Virus record (IMG/VR): IMGVR_UViG_3300012930_000001
Span: 1-64,000 of that record
Strand: one strand, 5' to 3'
DNA: 64,000 nt
Source of the DNA: a virus
Program-made: the position numbers and the translations under genes
Shown here: piece after piece, positions 7,360-14,885 of the stretch
How positions within the stretch are numbered: the first letter of the stretch is position 1
How the letters are laid out: each line of letters starts with the position of its first letter
Notes under the pieces: model-generated
What the model was told of the DNA's origin: nothing
Databases searched by the model: none
Seen by the model: the letters and a program-made list of their open reading frames with translations, nothing else

Positions 7360-8004
7360 TTACGCCGCGGTTGCAGCGGCCACGTCCGGGGCCGGGCTGC
7401 TCTTGGAAGGTTTGATCTCTTCCCGAGGTACCCACAATGTTTGCGGGCGGGCACCGGCTGCCATCTGAACAGCCACCTGCAGTTTGTTCGGGCCTACCTT
7501 GACCACGCGGCCCGAATACTTTCCTGAACCCGCCTTGGGGCTGTAAACGACCGCATCGTTAGGAATGAAGTCGGTCGCCATACGCTGGCCCGGCTTTCCC
7601 TTTTTTTCCGCCGTGGCGGAATTTTTCTTAGGGGCCGCGGTCTTCTTTGCTGTCCCGGTTCCGGTTCCGTCTCCGCCCTTCTTTGCCGCGGCTGTGGTCT
7701 TTGCGGCCCCGCTGGACGCTTTCTTTTCCTCGGTCGGAATAACGCCCTCGGTCTTGGGTGTCCAGTCCTTCACGATACGGCGAAGCTGGCTACGGGTCTT
7801 TTTGGTCGCGACCACTTTTCCGGTGGCTTCATCCGTCACGTTCCACACCTTTGCTTTGGCGTCGAACATTAGCCGGTACATTTTCCCGGTCGATTTATTC
7901 TTGATGAAAAATCCGCCGTTGTATCCCACGGCCAGGCCCGGCTTGTTTGTAGCTTTTGCTATCGCGCTCTGCTCGGGTGTTAAGGTTTCTTTTTTTTCTG
8001 ACAT
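7360..8004 (-). CDS. Lys/Ala-rich (histone H1-like low-complexity) protein with C-terminal KOW/Tudor-like segment
   Basis: Track ORF. The central part AAKTTAAAKKGGDGTGTGTAKKTAAPKKNSATAEKKGKPG is low-complexity. The C-terminus reads YSGRVVKVGPNKLQVAV. Confidence 0.65.
   Translation of the reverse strand: MSEKKETLTPEQSAIAKATNKPGLAVGYNGGFFIKNKSTGKMYRLMFDAKAKVWNVTDEATGKVVATKKTRSQLRRIVKDWTPKTEGVIPTEEKKASSGAAKTTAAAKKGGDGTGTGTAKKTAAPKKNSATAEKKGKPGQRMATDFIPNDAVVYSPKAGSGKYSGRVVKVGPNKLQVAVQMAAGARPQTLWVPREEIKPSKSSPAPDVAAATAA
7606..7621. repeat. Palindrome TTCCGCCGTGGCGGAA (copy 1)
   Basis: Read directly. Lies inside CDS 7360..8004 and encodes S-A-T-A-E. Confidence 0.9.
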
Positions 8005-8328
8005 TGCTTTAATCGCTCCTACTTTTTTAATTTGCCCGGCGTCCCAGCCGGGTGAGTTTTTGAAAACTCACTGACGCATGCTACCGGCCCGGAAAAGGTG
8101 ACTGGCCTATTCCAACGACCCTCCCTCAGTCTAACAGTGGACCTACCTATTCTGCTCATGATAGAGCAGGGAACCGACAACATACGCGAGTGAATTTTCA
8201 AAGAGCCAGGGTGCCGGGCTGCTTGGCAAGCTTTGCGTAGCGGCCCTGTCCGCAACGCGTTTCTGTAACAGCCCGGCTTTCCTTTCGGGGTAGGTGGGGC
8301 AGAGAACAAACATGAACCCGGCCCACAG

Positions 8329-8345
8329 CTTTCCTACTCGGATTT
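8329..8345. repeat. 17-nt direct repeat CTTTCCTACTCGGATTT (copy A)
   Basis: Identical to 8593..8609. Overlaps the stop codon of 8334..8567. Confidence 0.9.
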
Positions 8346-8567
8346 TCCGCCACGTCTGGCGGAAACTTTCACACAACCTCCGTGGGCGCGATAGCCGTCA
8401 ACATTTCCACACGGATTTTCCTGCTTTTCGGCAAGTGCTTTACACCGCGAACACGTCACGTTTGCCGCGTGTTTTACAACCGCCCATTTATTGCGATTTG
8501 TCAGCATCATTCCACAAAGCGGATCGTTATTTTTATCGGCAAAATGTAGTTTTAAATTCTTGTCCAT
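8334..8567 (-). CDS. Zinc-finger protein (77 aa)
   Basis: Track ORF with AAAGGAG 7 nt before the ATG. C(19)...C(40)xxC. Confidence 0.6.
   Translation of the reverse strand: MDKNLKLHFADKNNDPLCGMMLTNRNKWAVVKHAANVTCSRCKALAEKQENPCGNVDGYRAHGGCVKVSARRGGKSE
8345..8364. repeat. Palindrome variant TTCCGCCA-CGTC-TGGCGGAA
   Basis: Read directly. Same arms as the 16-bp palindrome but a longer spacer. Confidence 0.7.
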
Positions 8568-8592
8568 TTTAATCTCCTTTAAGTCTAGGCCC

Positions 8593-8609
8593 CTTTCCTA
8601 CTCGGATTT
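8593..8609. repeat. 17-nt direct repeat CTTTCCTACTCGGATTT (copy B)
   Basis: Identical to 8329..8345. Lies 26 nt upstream of the ATG at 8567. Confidence 0.9.
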
Positions 8610-8634
8610 CTCGCGGCGTCCCGCGGGAACTCAA

Positions 8635-9021
8635 TCAAGCTTTATATACGACGTGGTATTTTTCGGCCACGGCTTCCATCAACAAAGTTGTTATATCGTG
8701 GGCTCGGTCAAACATTTCAGATGGCATTTCCCGCCCGGTATGTGCATAAACCTCTTGGAACATCGACGCTAATAATCGGGCTGCATACGCATCCGCATTC
8801 TCGTATCTTTCACGGGTAATATTAGCTATTACCGGCTTCGGCATTTCTTCTAGCTTATCGGTTAAAACCATTTCGCTGACTTCCTGTCCGTTTTCTAATG
8901 TGTAAATAACATCATTAAAAAGTGGCTTTGCGTGGTGTATTTTTACTTGCTCACCCGTCTCGGTTTTATATACCGTCTGGCCTAATTTGAATTGCGGTTG
9001 CAGTCTTAATCTCTTCGGCAT
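8635..9021 (-). CDS. Hypothetical protein (128 aa)
   Basis: Track ORF 8635..9072. Its first 17 codons overlap the promoter -10, so I use ATG 9021, which is preceded by AAAGGAG. Confidence 0.65.
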   Translation of the reverse strand: MPKRLRLQPQFKLGQTVYKTETGEQVKIHHAKPLFNDVIYTLENGQEVSEMVLTDKLEEMPKPVIANITRERYENADAYAARLLASMFQEVYAHTGREMPSEMFDRAHDITTLLMEAVAEKYHVVYKA

Positions 9022-9070
9022 TTTGAATCGCTCCTTTCGTTTTTCCGGGCTGTGCCGTCCCGATGAACTC

Positions 9071-9099
9071 AATATCTCAAATGTTTATTTACTTGTCAA
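9071..9099 (-). promoter_or_regulatory. Sigma70-type promoter P1: TTGACA-N17-GATATT
   Basis: Minus strand: TTATTTTGTTGACAAGTAAATAAACATTTGAGATATT. Nearly identical to the promoters at 18426 and 31274. Confidence 0.6.
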
Positions 9100-9132
9100 C
9101 AAAATAAATGAGCAAAAGGCAGACTTTGAACG

Positions 9133-9174
9133 CAAAAACACGGCATCTAATAGCAGTTATTACCGATGCCGTGC
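9133..9174 (-). terminator. Rho-independent-type terminator after the rSAM gene
   Basis: Minus strand: CACGGCATC-17 nt loop-GATGCCGTG followed by TTTTTG. Confidence 0.5.
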
Positions 9175-9208
9175 TAAAAAATATTTTAGATTTATACGAT
9201 TTTGCGGG

Positions 9209-10093
9209 CTAATTCCGCGTTTTCTCGAACCAATCGGTTTCCAGTCCCACCCGGAACCCGGCCCGTTCCGAACATTTGTTGCACGGAATTACGGCGGCCC
9301 GGTCTTTACTTATTAGTGAGGCTCGGGCAGTGTCCAGCCGATCCCACAAAACAGATAGCGGCGTGTCTTTCACGTTGCCCACGATATGCTCTTGCTTCCA
9401 ATCATTGCAGCACAAAACAACGTGGCCCTCAACGTGGATTACTAATTCTCGAAAAGGCCGGGTACACATTTTCTGCAAGGGCTCCGTCACGTCGAACACC
9501 GTATGACCCTCCGCGCGTGCGGCCTCCACATTCACGCTTCCACCCTGGTTGTGATACCGGCGAATTATATTCGTGGGCCGGGGCGCAGCGTCGACCAAAA
9601 TTAGCTCGTGATGTTTCGGGCCGACATACCGGTAAGGGTGGGTGTTTCCGCCGTCCTCTTCAAAAAATAAGCTGGCATTTGGAAACAAGCTTTTCATGTG
9701 TTCGTATCGCGGCGTGTCGTAGCAATCGAGCATGAGAAAATTCAGGCCCGCGTCGAACATGGATTGCACAAAAGCCGGGTAGCGGTCTTTGTACTTTCGA
9801 ACGGTATCGCCGTTGCTCGTCATCATCAACTGCGCTTTTGGCAACGCACTCCGGGCTCGGGCGAAAAAGTCAATCAGGCGTGGATGGAAACTTGGCTCAC
9901 CGCGTTCCGCGAATTCTATACGCATCTTTTCCCAAACGCTGGCACCTTGCAGAATAGCCCGATAGGTTTCATCCTCCATGAAAACAAACTTATCCTTCAC
10001 CCATTCCATTTCCGGCAACGCGCAAAACGTACACCGGCGTGTACAACCACGGGTCAATTCGATTTTTACCGTATACGGTTTATGTCTTGGCAT
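9209..10093 (-). CDS. Radical SAM enzyme with SPASM/twitch-like C-terminal Cys cluster
   Basis: C17TRRC21TFC24 (CxxxCxxC). C-terminal CTRPF...HVVLCCNDW...GNV...PCNKC. Its ATG abuts the upstream TAA with no spacer. Confidence 0.85.
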   Translation of the reverse strand: MPRHKPYTVKIELTRGCTRRCTFCALPEMEWVKDKFVFMEDETYRAILQGASVWEKMRIEFAERGEPSFHPRLIDFFARARSALPKAQLMMTSNGDTVRKYKDRYPAFVQSMFDAGLNFLMLDCYDTPRYEHMKSLFPNASLFFEEDGGNTHPYRYVGPKHHELILVDAAPRPTNIIRRYHNQGGSVNVEAARAEGHTVFDVTEPLQKMCTRPFRELVIHVEGHVVLCCNDWKQEHIVGNVKDTPLSVLWDRLDTARASLISKDRAAVIPCNKCSERAGFRVGLETDWFEKTRN

Positions 10094-11092
10094 TTATTCC
10101 GGGAACTCACCCTCGAAGTCATTGAAAAGAGAATCGCCCGGCTGCCGTCGCTTCGCGCGTTCGGTTTCCTCCGATAGCGATTTGCACGCCACGATACGGC
10201 GGCGGAAATAGAAAACACAACTTAGCCGGGTCCAGTATTTCGACACACCCACCAGCGGCGTGTTGCAGTGCCACTCGTGAACGTCGACCAGCAGCACGTC
10301 ACCGTGACGCATGTTGACAGCCACACCGTACTGCGGAACCACGAATAGCCCGCCCTCGTATCGGCCCTCGCTCAGCACAGCCAGGACACCGAAACCACTG
10401 CGTAAATCACCCACGTCTTTATGCAGGGCCGTGCGCCAATTTCGGTTAACGGTAATGGTCGAGAACGCTGTACCCGAAATTATGTAGTCTGGATGGGTCT
10501 TATTGCACTCGGCAAGCTGTGCTGCGTGACGCTGGGGCGAGTTTTCTCGAAAACAGGTATCTACGGTGCGGATGAAGGGTGCGGCATCTCTAAGGGCCTT
10601 CAAATGCTTTGCGGTGAAGGCGGTCAGTCGGCAATACGGAATAGCCGGGCTCGAACGTTCAAGGGAACCGATAACCGAACTCGGGACCTCCAAGCCAAAA
10701 CTCCGCTTGGAAATGGTACCGTCCTTTTTCATCGGGTAGTACCGTGTGTCACCATGCAGGGCTCCGATAACATGCTGCTCGTGCCGGTCACCGGGTTTCA
10801 GTCCGAGGGTTGATAGCCGTCCGGCCGCCGTACCGCGGTTGCCTCCACCCTGCGCTGCCTTGAATAGAACCGGGAACGCGCGGGCCGCGTGCTTTACGCT
10901 GACTACGTTGCGGCGAAAGTGAATCAAGGGACTGCCGTCCGCCCGGAATATATCGGCGTCATGGTCAATAAGCAGGTCGTAAGCCTCGTCACCCAAAAAC
11001 TCACCGTTCAGCGCGTCAATGGCTTCGTCATCGCAGACCTTGTCGACTGTGTAGGTTTTCACTTTTTCTTTCCGCCCAGTTCCCGCATACAA
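10094..11092 (-). CDS. 2OG-Fe(II) dioxygenase, TET/JBP-like (subfamily tentative)
   Basis: H224-K-D226 ... H272EWH275 ... R289LS within beta-rich segments (GFGVLAVL, GLFVVP, GDVLLVDV, LSCVFYF). An alternative GTG start at 11062 forms a GTGA overlap with the upstream stop. Confidence 0.65.
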   Translation of the reverse strand: MYAGTGRKEKVKTYTVDKVCDDEAIDALNGEFLGDEAYDLLIDHDADIFRADGSPLIHFRRNVVSVKHAARAFPVLFKAAQGGGNRGTAAGRLSTLGLKPGDRHEQHVIGALHGDTRYYPMKKDGTISKRSFGLEVPSSVIGSLERSSPAIPYCRLTAFTAKHLKALRDAAPFIRTVDTCFRENSPQRHAAQLAECNKTHPDYIISGTAFSTITVNRNWRTALHKDVGDLRSGFGVLAVLSEGRYEGGLFVVPQYGVAVNMRHGDVLLVDVHEWHCNTPLVGVSKYWTRLSCVFYFRRRIVACKSLSEETERAKRRQPGDSLFNDFEGEFPE

Positions 11093-11850
11093 GCTATCAC
11101 AGTATCGGTGACGTTATCGGTTTTGAAACGCTCTGACAGCTTCATGGCCAACTCGATGAACTCGGCGTGGACCTCTTGCGAAAGAATGAGGGCTATTTGT
11201 TTCGTGTTCGATATTGCGGCGTGAGCCTGCATACCTCCACCGAATCCGCCCGGCGTTTCCTCGTGAATATCAAAGTCGCCGCCCGGTACTTCTTTCTCGA
11301 GGCGTTTTACAATTTCGTCCACGTCCTCATCCGAGTACCCGGTTGCGTCGAGGCTGCCCGGCGTGTCTTTCATCATCTGCAAAATCTCAGCCATCAGCGC
11401 TTCGTCATATCCGCCCAGTTCGTTGATACGATTCAGGGCCGCGGCTGCTGGGGCCTCGTCTACCTCGGATAGATTTACGCCGTCCACCGTGGGTACGAAC
11501 CATTTTTCACCCACTGCTACAACACCCTTCGGAGGCTCGAACACTGACCCAGTGCCCAAGGGTTTACCGGCATCTATCCAGTCCTCTCTCATGGCCTGCA
11601 ATGCCTCAACCCGGCCGTTCCCGTCGTAGTTCTTTCCGGTCTGGCGGTTGATACCAATAGGGTCGATGACACCGAAACGGCGCAAAGACTTTTGTGTTTC
11701 CGGGATGGCGTGCCGTTTGAAGTTTTTCTCAAGCGGTAGTATCAGAGCAACGTCCACATATCGAATATGCAGGCGGTGTTCGGCGGATTGTATTTCAAGG
11801 GGTTCGGGAGCGGTCGCTGAAATTGGTGCGGTCTTGGGTTTGGTGGCCAT
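11059..11850 (-). CDS. ParB N-terminal-domain (ParB/Srx-like) protein without methyltransferase domain
   Basis: IRYVDV..ILPLEKNFKRH...SLRRFGVIDPIGIN...GNGRVEAL, then ALNRINELGGYDEALMAEIL...ATGYSDEDVDEI. The latter is a linker I know from ParB-DNA methylase fusions. Confidence 0.7.
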   Translation of the reverse strand: MATKPKTAPISATAPEPLEIQSAEHRLHIRYVDVALILPLEKNFKRHAIPETQKSLRRFGVIDPIGINRQTGKNYDGNGRVEALQAMREDWIDAGKPLGTGSVFEPPKGVVAVGEKWFVPTVDGVNLSEVDEAPAAAALNRINELGGYDEALMAEILQMMKDTPGSLDATGYSDEDVDEIVKRLEKEVPGGDFDIHEETPGGFGGGMQAHAAISNTKQIALILSQEVHAEFIELAMKLSERFKTDNVTDTVIACMRELGGKKK

Positions 11851-11889
11851 AGTTTTTGAGCAGAATCATACACCGGCCCGGCGTGGATA

Positions 11890-12171
11890 TCAATAGGGCC
11901 GTATTTCATAAAGGTGGTAAACAATGTGGTCGGGTAATTTGAAAGCTGAAATGAAATGAGCAACGTTGCCTTCGCCGGGGTCAAGTTGGTGCCGTGCCCG
12001 TATCATCGCAAACTGTCGGTAAACTTTATCCTCTTCGTCGTTGGGGTGAAATTCATAGTACAGCCGGGAGGACTCCGAATCACAAAACACCGACCGGAGT
12101 ACGGCACGTTTGCGGATGAACAGCGAAAATGTTTCTTGCCAGGGAATGTCGATAGAGTGAATGACTAACAT
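11890..12171 (-). CDS. Hypothetical protein (93 aa)
   Basis: Track ORF 11890..12288 trimmed to ATG 12171, just after the upstream stop. Confidence 0.5.
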   Translation of the reverse strand: MLVIHSIDIPWQETFSLFIRKRAVLRSVFCDSESSRLYYEFHPNDEEDKVYRQFAMIRARHQLDPGEGNVAHFISAFKLPDHIVYHLYEIRPY

Positions 12172-12173
12172 AT

Positions 12174-12404
12174 TCAATAAAGTTTTTTGAACTGCGGGAA
12201 CGGGTTTTGATTCGCTACCAGTGGTAAATTTGTTTTCGCCGCGGCCCGGCGTGCTGTGGCCACTACAGAGCGGAGGCATGAAAGACAACTAACCTGAGAC
12301 AACGCCGCGTGGTACTCCACGAATAATCGAATCTCGCGCCCGCAATATGTCTCAGCATTTAAGTGGTCAGCTAGGCGGCCTTTGGGATAATGAACTTTGT
12401 TCAT
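12174..12404 (-). CDS. Hypothetical protein (76 aa)
   Basis: Track ORF 12174..12476. ATG 12404 forms an ATGA overlap with the upstream stop. Confidence 0.5.
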   Translation of the reverse strand: MNKVHYPKGRLADHLNAETYCGREIRLFVEYHAALSQVSCLSCLRSVVATARRAAAKTNLPLVANQNPFPQFKKLY

Positions 12405-12739
12405 TTGAATTTCAGCAACCGTTCCTTTTTGAGGATGTCCGCGGCCATCGTGAACTCGATAAAACACAACTCGCAAAACTGGTCGAGTTCCCCGCGCATT
12501 CGATTTAATTGCTGCAAGCTGTCGGCTATTATTATCGGAAACATCGGGGTGCTTTTTACACCCACGATTTTCCCGTTGAGAAAAATAGGCTCGTCATGGA
12601 GGGCGAGAGTTTCGCCGGACTCCAAACGCAGGGCCGCGTCAAACACGTGCCACTCGGCGGCGTAGATAGACTGCTTTCCGAAAAACAACCGCTGGCTCAC
12701 GGTCTTGGGGTCGATGTTCAAAGCCGCTATATCGCTCAT
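12401..12739 (-). CDS. Hypothetical protein (112 aa)
   Basis: Track ORF with a 4-nt overlap to the ASCH gene. Confidence 0.6.
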   Translation of the reverse strand: MSDIAALNIDPKTVSQRLFFGKQSIYAAEWHVFDAALRLESGETLALHDEPIFLNGKIVGVKSTPMFPIIIADSLQQLNRMRGELDQFCELCFIEFTMAADILKKERLLKFK

Positions 12740-13317
12740 ACCTTTTTGAATTTAATGCACCACAGCCACGGGTTTTCCTCCCATGTGTTTTTGGAACCGT
12801 GTAACGCCGTCCAAGATATTTTGAAAGAAAACGCGTCCGGCTGGCCCTCGGCTCGGGCGTCGGCGTCGGATATCTCCGCAAGCTGTTCGCACCAAACGTC
12901 CGTGATAATCAGCCGGGTCTTACACGCTATCCTCGGCATGTGAATTGACGGTATCCACTTCACCGGATAATCCGGGTCGACACTCTGGCGGGCTGGGTAG
13001 ATTCTTTCTGCTTTGTGCTTAAAGTTCGGGTTGATATTGAACCCGGTTTTCTCGCGTACCCAAAGGATGCCGCCCGGCGCACCGTAAATGCAGTGGCAGT
13101 CGAAATAATCAAACTCACTTTCGCCCGGCCACACGGCTACGACACAGCCCTTGTATCGCTTCTCAATTATCGACGGCGAATTACCCGGCCCCGGCTGCAA
13201 CTGCATCACCCGGCGCGTCTGTGTTTTCGTACCGGCCTCGATTTTCTGCACGTTCGGCACGGTGAAGATGATTGGTTTTTCAGTGGTGTCGATAGCCACC
13301 GTTGGTTTAGAGGTCAT
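12736..13317 (-). CDS. ASCH (PUA-like) domain protein
   Basis: IEAGTKTQTRR...ILWVRE...MPRIACKTRLIITDVWCEQLAEISDADARAEG is the pattern typical of phage ASCH proteins. ATG at 13317. Confidence 0.65.
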   Translation of the reverse strand: MTSKPTVAIDTTEKPIIFTVPNVQKIEAGTKTQTRRVMQLQPGPGNSPSIIEKRYKGCVVAVWPGESEFDYFDCHCIYGAPGGILWVREKTGFNINPNFKHKAERIYPARQSVDPDYPVKWIPSIHMPRIACKTRLIITDVWCEQLAEISDADARAEGQPDAFSFKISWTALHGSKNTWEENPWLWCIKFKKV

Positions 13318-13609
13318 GGTCTTTTTTGAATTCCTCCAAGGTCTTTGTCTGTAGGTGTGAAAACCCTTCCGCGTCTCGCTCAAACACACGGTAGTCCGGG
13401 TAAATACTCATCAATTCCATTGTGAATTTTTCAAAATGTGGACCCATCTTTTGCAGAAAATCCGGCGCGTCTTCGTCTATCTTATCCATCGCATCGCCAA
13501 ATTTCATATACGACCTCATCAGCCGTCCGGCCCGTTTACATAGGCCGTTAAATTCCGCGGCGTCCTCTGAGTTTTTGGCAATAATAATTACCGGTATGAT
13601 ATCGCTCAT
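13307..13609 (-). CDS. Hypothetical protein (100 aa)
   Basis: Track ORF. Confidence 0.6.
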   Translation of the reverse strand: MSDIIPVIIIAKNSEDAAEFNGLCKRAGRLMRSYMKFGDAMDKIDEDAPDFLQKMGPHFEKFTMELMSIYPDYRVFERDAEGFSHLQTKTLEEFKKDHDL

Positions 13610-13887
13610 CCTCTATCCCTCAAGTGCGGGCGTAGGAGCCCGTCTTCGTATCGACCATTAAGGCCTGCGGCCAGTGTTTGTAACGTATTCACCGTCACCG
13701 CTGCCTGGGCGGTTGCTTTAGTACCATCCGGCAACTGCACTGTAAAACAAAATAGGGCCGACGCCCGGCCCGACTCCATACCAACGTCTTTCGTGATTAT
13801 TCGCAGGTCGCCGCCCTCGGGCAGTGAGTTAGCTATCACCTTATCGTACTCGGCCACGTCATTCAGCAATAGCCTGACTTTTTCCAT
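13606..13887 (-). CDS. Hypothetical protein (93 aa)
   Basis: Track ORF. Confidence 0.6.
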   Translation of the reverse strand: MEKVRLLLNDVAEYDKVIANSLPEGGDLRIITKDVGMESGRASALFCFTVQLPDGTKATAQAAVTVNTLQTLAAGLNGRYEDGLLRPHLRDRG

Positions 13888-14084
13888 AATCCTAAATACC
13901 TCCGCATTAAAATAATTGCATCGTAGGGTGTCCGCGCCGGGGCCATAATGTACTCAGCCGTCACCGGCGAAATTGTCAGCGGGCGCGTCTCACCATCGTA
14001 GTAGTAAACCCGCTGGTCTATACTCCAAACCTCATGCCCGAAACAATACGCGTGTCTTTTGATAGATGGGATGGGGTTGTACAT
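13863..14084 (-). CDS. Hypothetical protein (73 aa)
   Basis: Track ORF. Confidence 0.55.
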   Translation of the reverse strand: MYNPIPSIKRHAYCFGHEVWSIDQRVYYYDGETRPLTISPVTAEYIMAPARTPYDAIILMRRYLGLWKKSGYC

Positions 14085-14192
14085 AAAATAAACGGTGGGG
14101 CGGCCATTCTCGCCTCAGTTCACAAACCCCACCGCTGTCAGCGGCCCGACTCGCCTACGAGAGTATGCATCGTAACGCCGGGCCGCGAACAC

Positions 14193-14294
14193 TCAGTCTT
14201 TTCCTTGCTTGACCTTTGAAATATAAAACCCAAGACCGCCCAAAATTAAAACCACGGCGGTAACGATAGTGAAAATCCAAGCTGTCGTACTCAT
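14193..14294 (-). CDS. Small membrane peptide (33 aa)
   Basis: Own translation MSTTAWIFTIVTAVVLILGGLGFYISKVKQGKD, with GGAGGG 6 nt before the ATG. Confidence 0.35.
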   Translation of the reverse strand: MSTTAWIFTIVTAVVLILGGLGFYISKVKQGKD

Positions 14295-14313
14295 AATTTC
14301 CCTCCGTCAAAAT

Positions 14314-14388
14314 TGGCTTCCAGAGTAGGACTCGAACCCACATACGCGGGTCCAAAACCCGCTGTGCTACCAATTGCACCATCTGGAA
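14314..14388 (-). tRNA. tRNA-Gln (anticodon UUG), CCA encoded
   Basis: Manual cloverleaf on the reverse complement. Acceptor TTCCAGA/TCTGGAA; D arm GTGC-AATTGGTA-GCAC; anticodon arm GCGGG-TTTTGGA-CCCGC; variable loop GTAT; T arm GTGGG-TTCGAGT-CCTAC; discriminator G; CCA. The U1:A72 pair and G73 match bacterial tRNA-Gln identity features. Confidence 0.9.
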
Positions 14389-14441
14389 AAATGGGCCGAA
14401 TGAACGTCTCCCACACCGTCCACCCGGCCCGCCTCACACAA

Positions 14442-14459
14442 GTAGGGCGGGCGCCCTAC
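14442..14459 (-). terminator. GC-rich hairpin downstream of 14473..14871 (weak terminator candidate)
   Basis: GTAGGGCG-GG-CGCCCTAC. There is no clear T-run. Confidence 0.25.
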
Positions 14460-14472
14460 TAGACGTGTAAGC

Positions 14473-14871
14473 TTAATACGCTTGGACGTTTACCGTCTTG
14501 CTGTCCTCGGACACGGTTACGTCCTCTTCCTCGGTGTGGACGTATTTGATTTTTACGCCACCCGCCCGATACCACTTCGTACCGGGTACATTCTCATCCT
14601 CGGTAAAGTACTGCTCGTACTTTTTGCACAGCGCCCGGATGATAGGTTTGTGTTCGGTTAGCTTTTTAGTAAGCTTCGCATGGGCCGCCTTGTCTTTCAC
14701 AATTTCAAGGCCCTTCTTAACCAGTTCCTCAATGGCTTCGTACTCGTGGCCGGGCAAAACTTTCTGACCATCCGCCTCCGTATCCATTAAAGTCGGTTCC
14801 TGTTTTGGCGTCTCGTCTGCTACGCCCTCCGCACCGGCTGCTGCGGCTGCTGCTTTTTTTCCTCTTGGCAT
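14473..14871 (-). CDS. Hypothetical protein (132 aa), Lys/Ala-rich N-terminus
   Basis: Track ORF. Confidence 0.65.
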   Translation of the reverse strand: MPRGKKAAAAAAGAEGVADETPKQEPTLMDTEADGQKVLPGHEYEAIEELVKKGLEIVKDKAAHAKLTKKLTEHKPIIRALCKKYEQYFTEDENVPGTKWYRAGGVKIKYVHTEEEDVTVSEDSKTVNVQAY

Positions 14872-14885
14872 TATTCACTCCTGTT

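Noticed and set aside
8019-8376. ORFs 8019..8309 and 8143..8376 as protein genes filling the 330-nt gap
   Set aside because: Their track starts are non-ATG, the internal ATGs lack an SD, and the products are Arg/Pro-rich with no motifs. I treat the region as non-coding.
9202-9735. 177-aa plus-strand ORF
   Set aside because: It is antisense to the radical SAM gene, which has clear catalytic motifs. Its composition is Arg/Pro-rich.
14155-14382. 75-aa minus-strand ORF
   Set aside because: It overlaps the tRNA-Gln gene and the better-supported 33-aa membrane peptide ORF.
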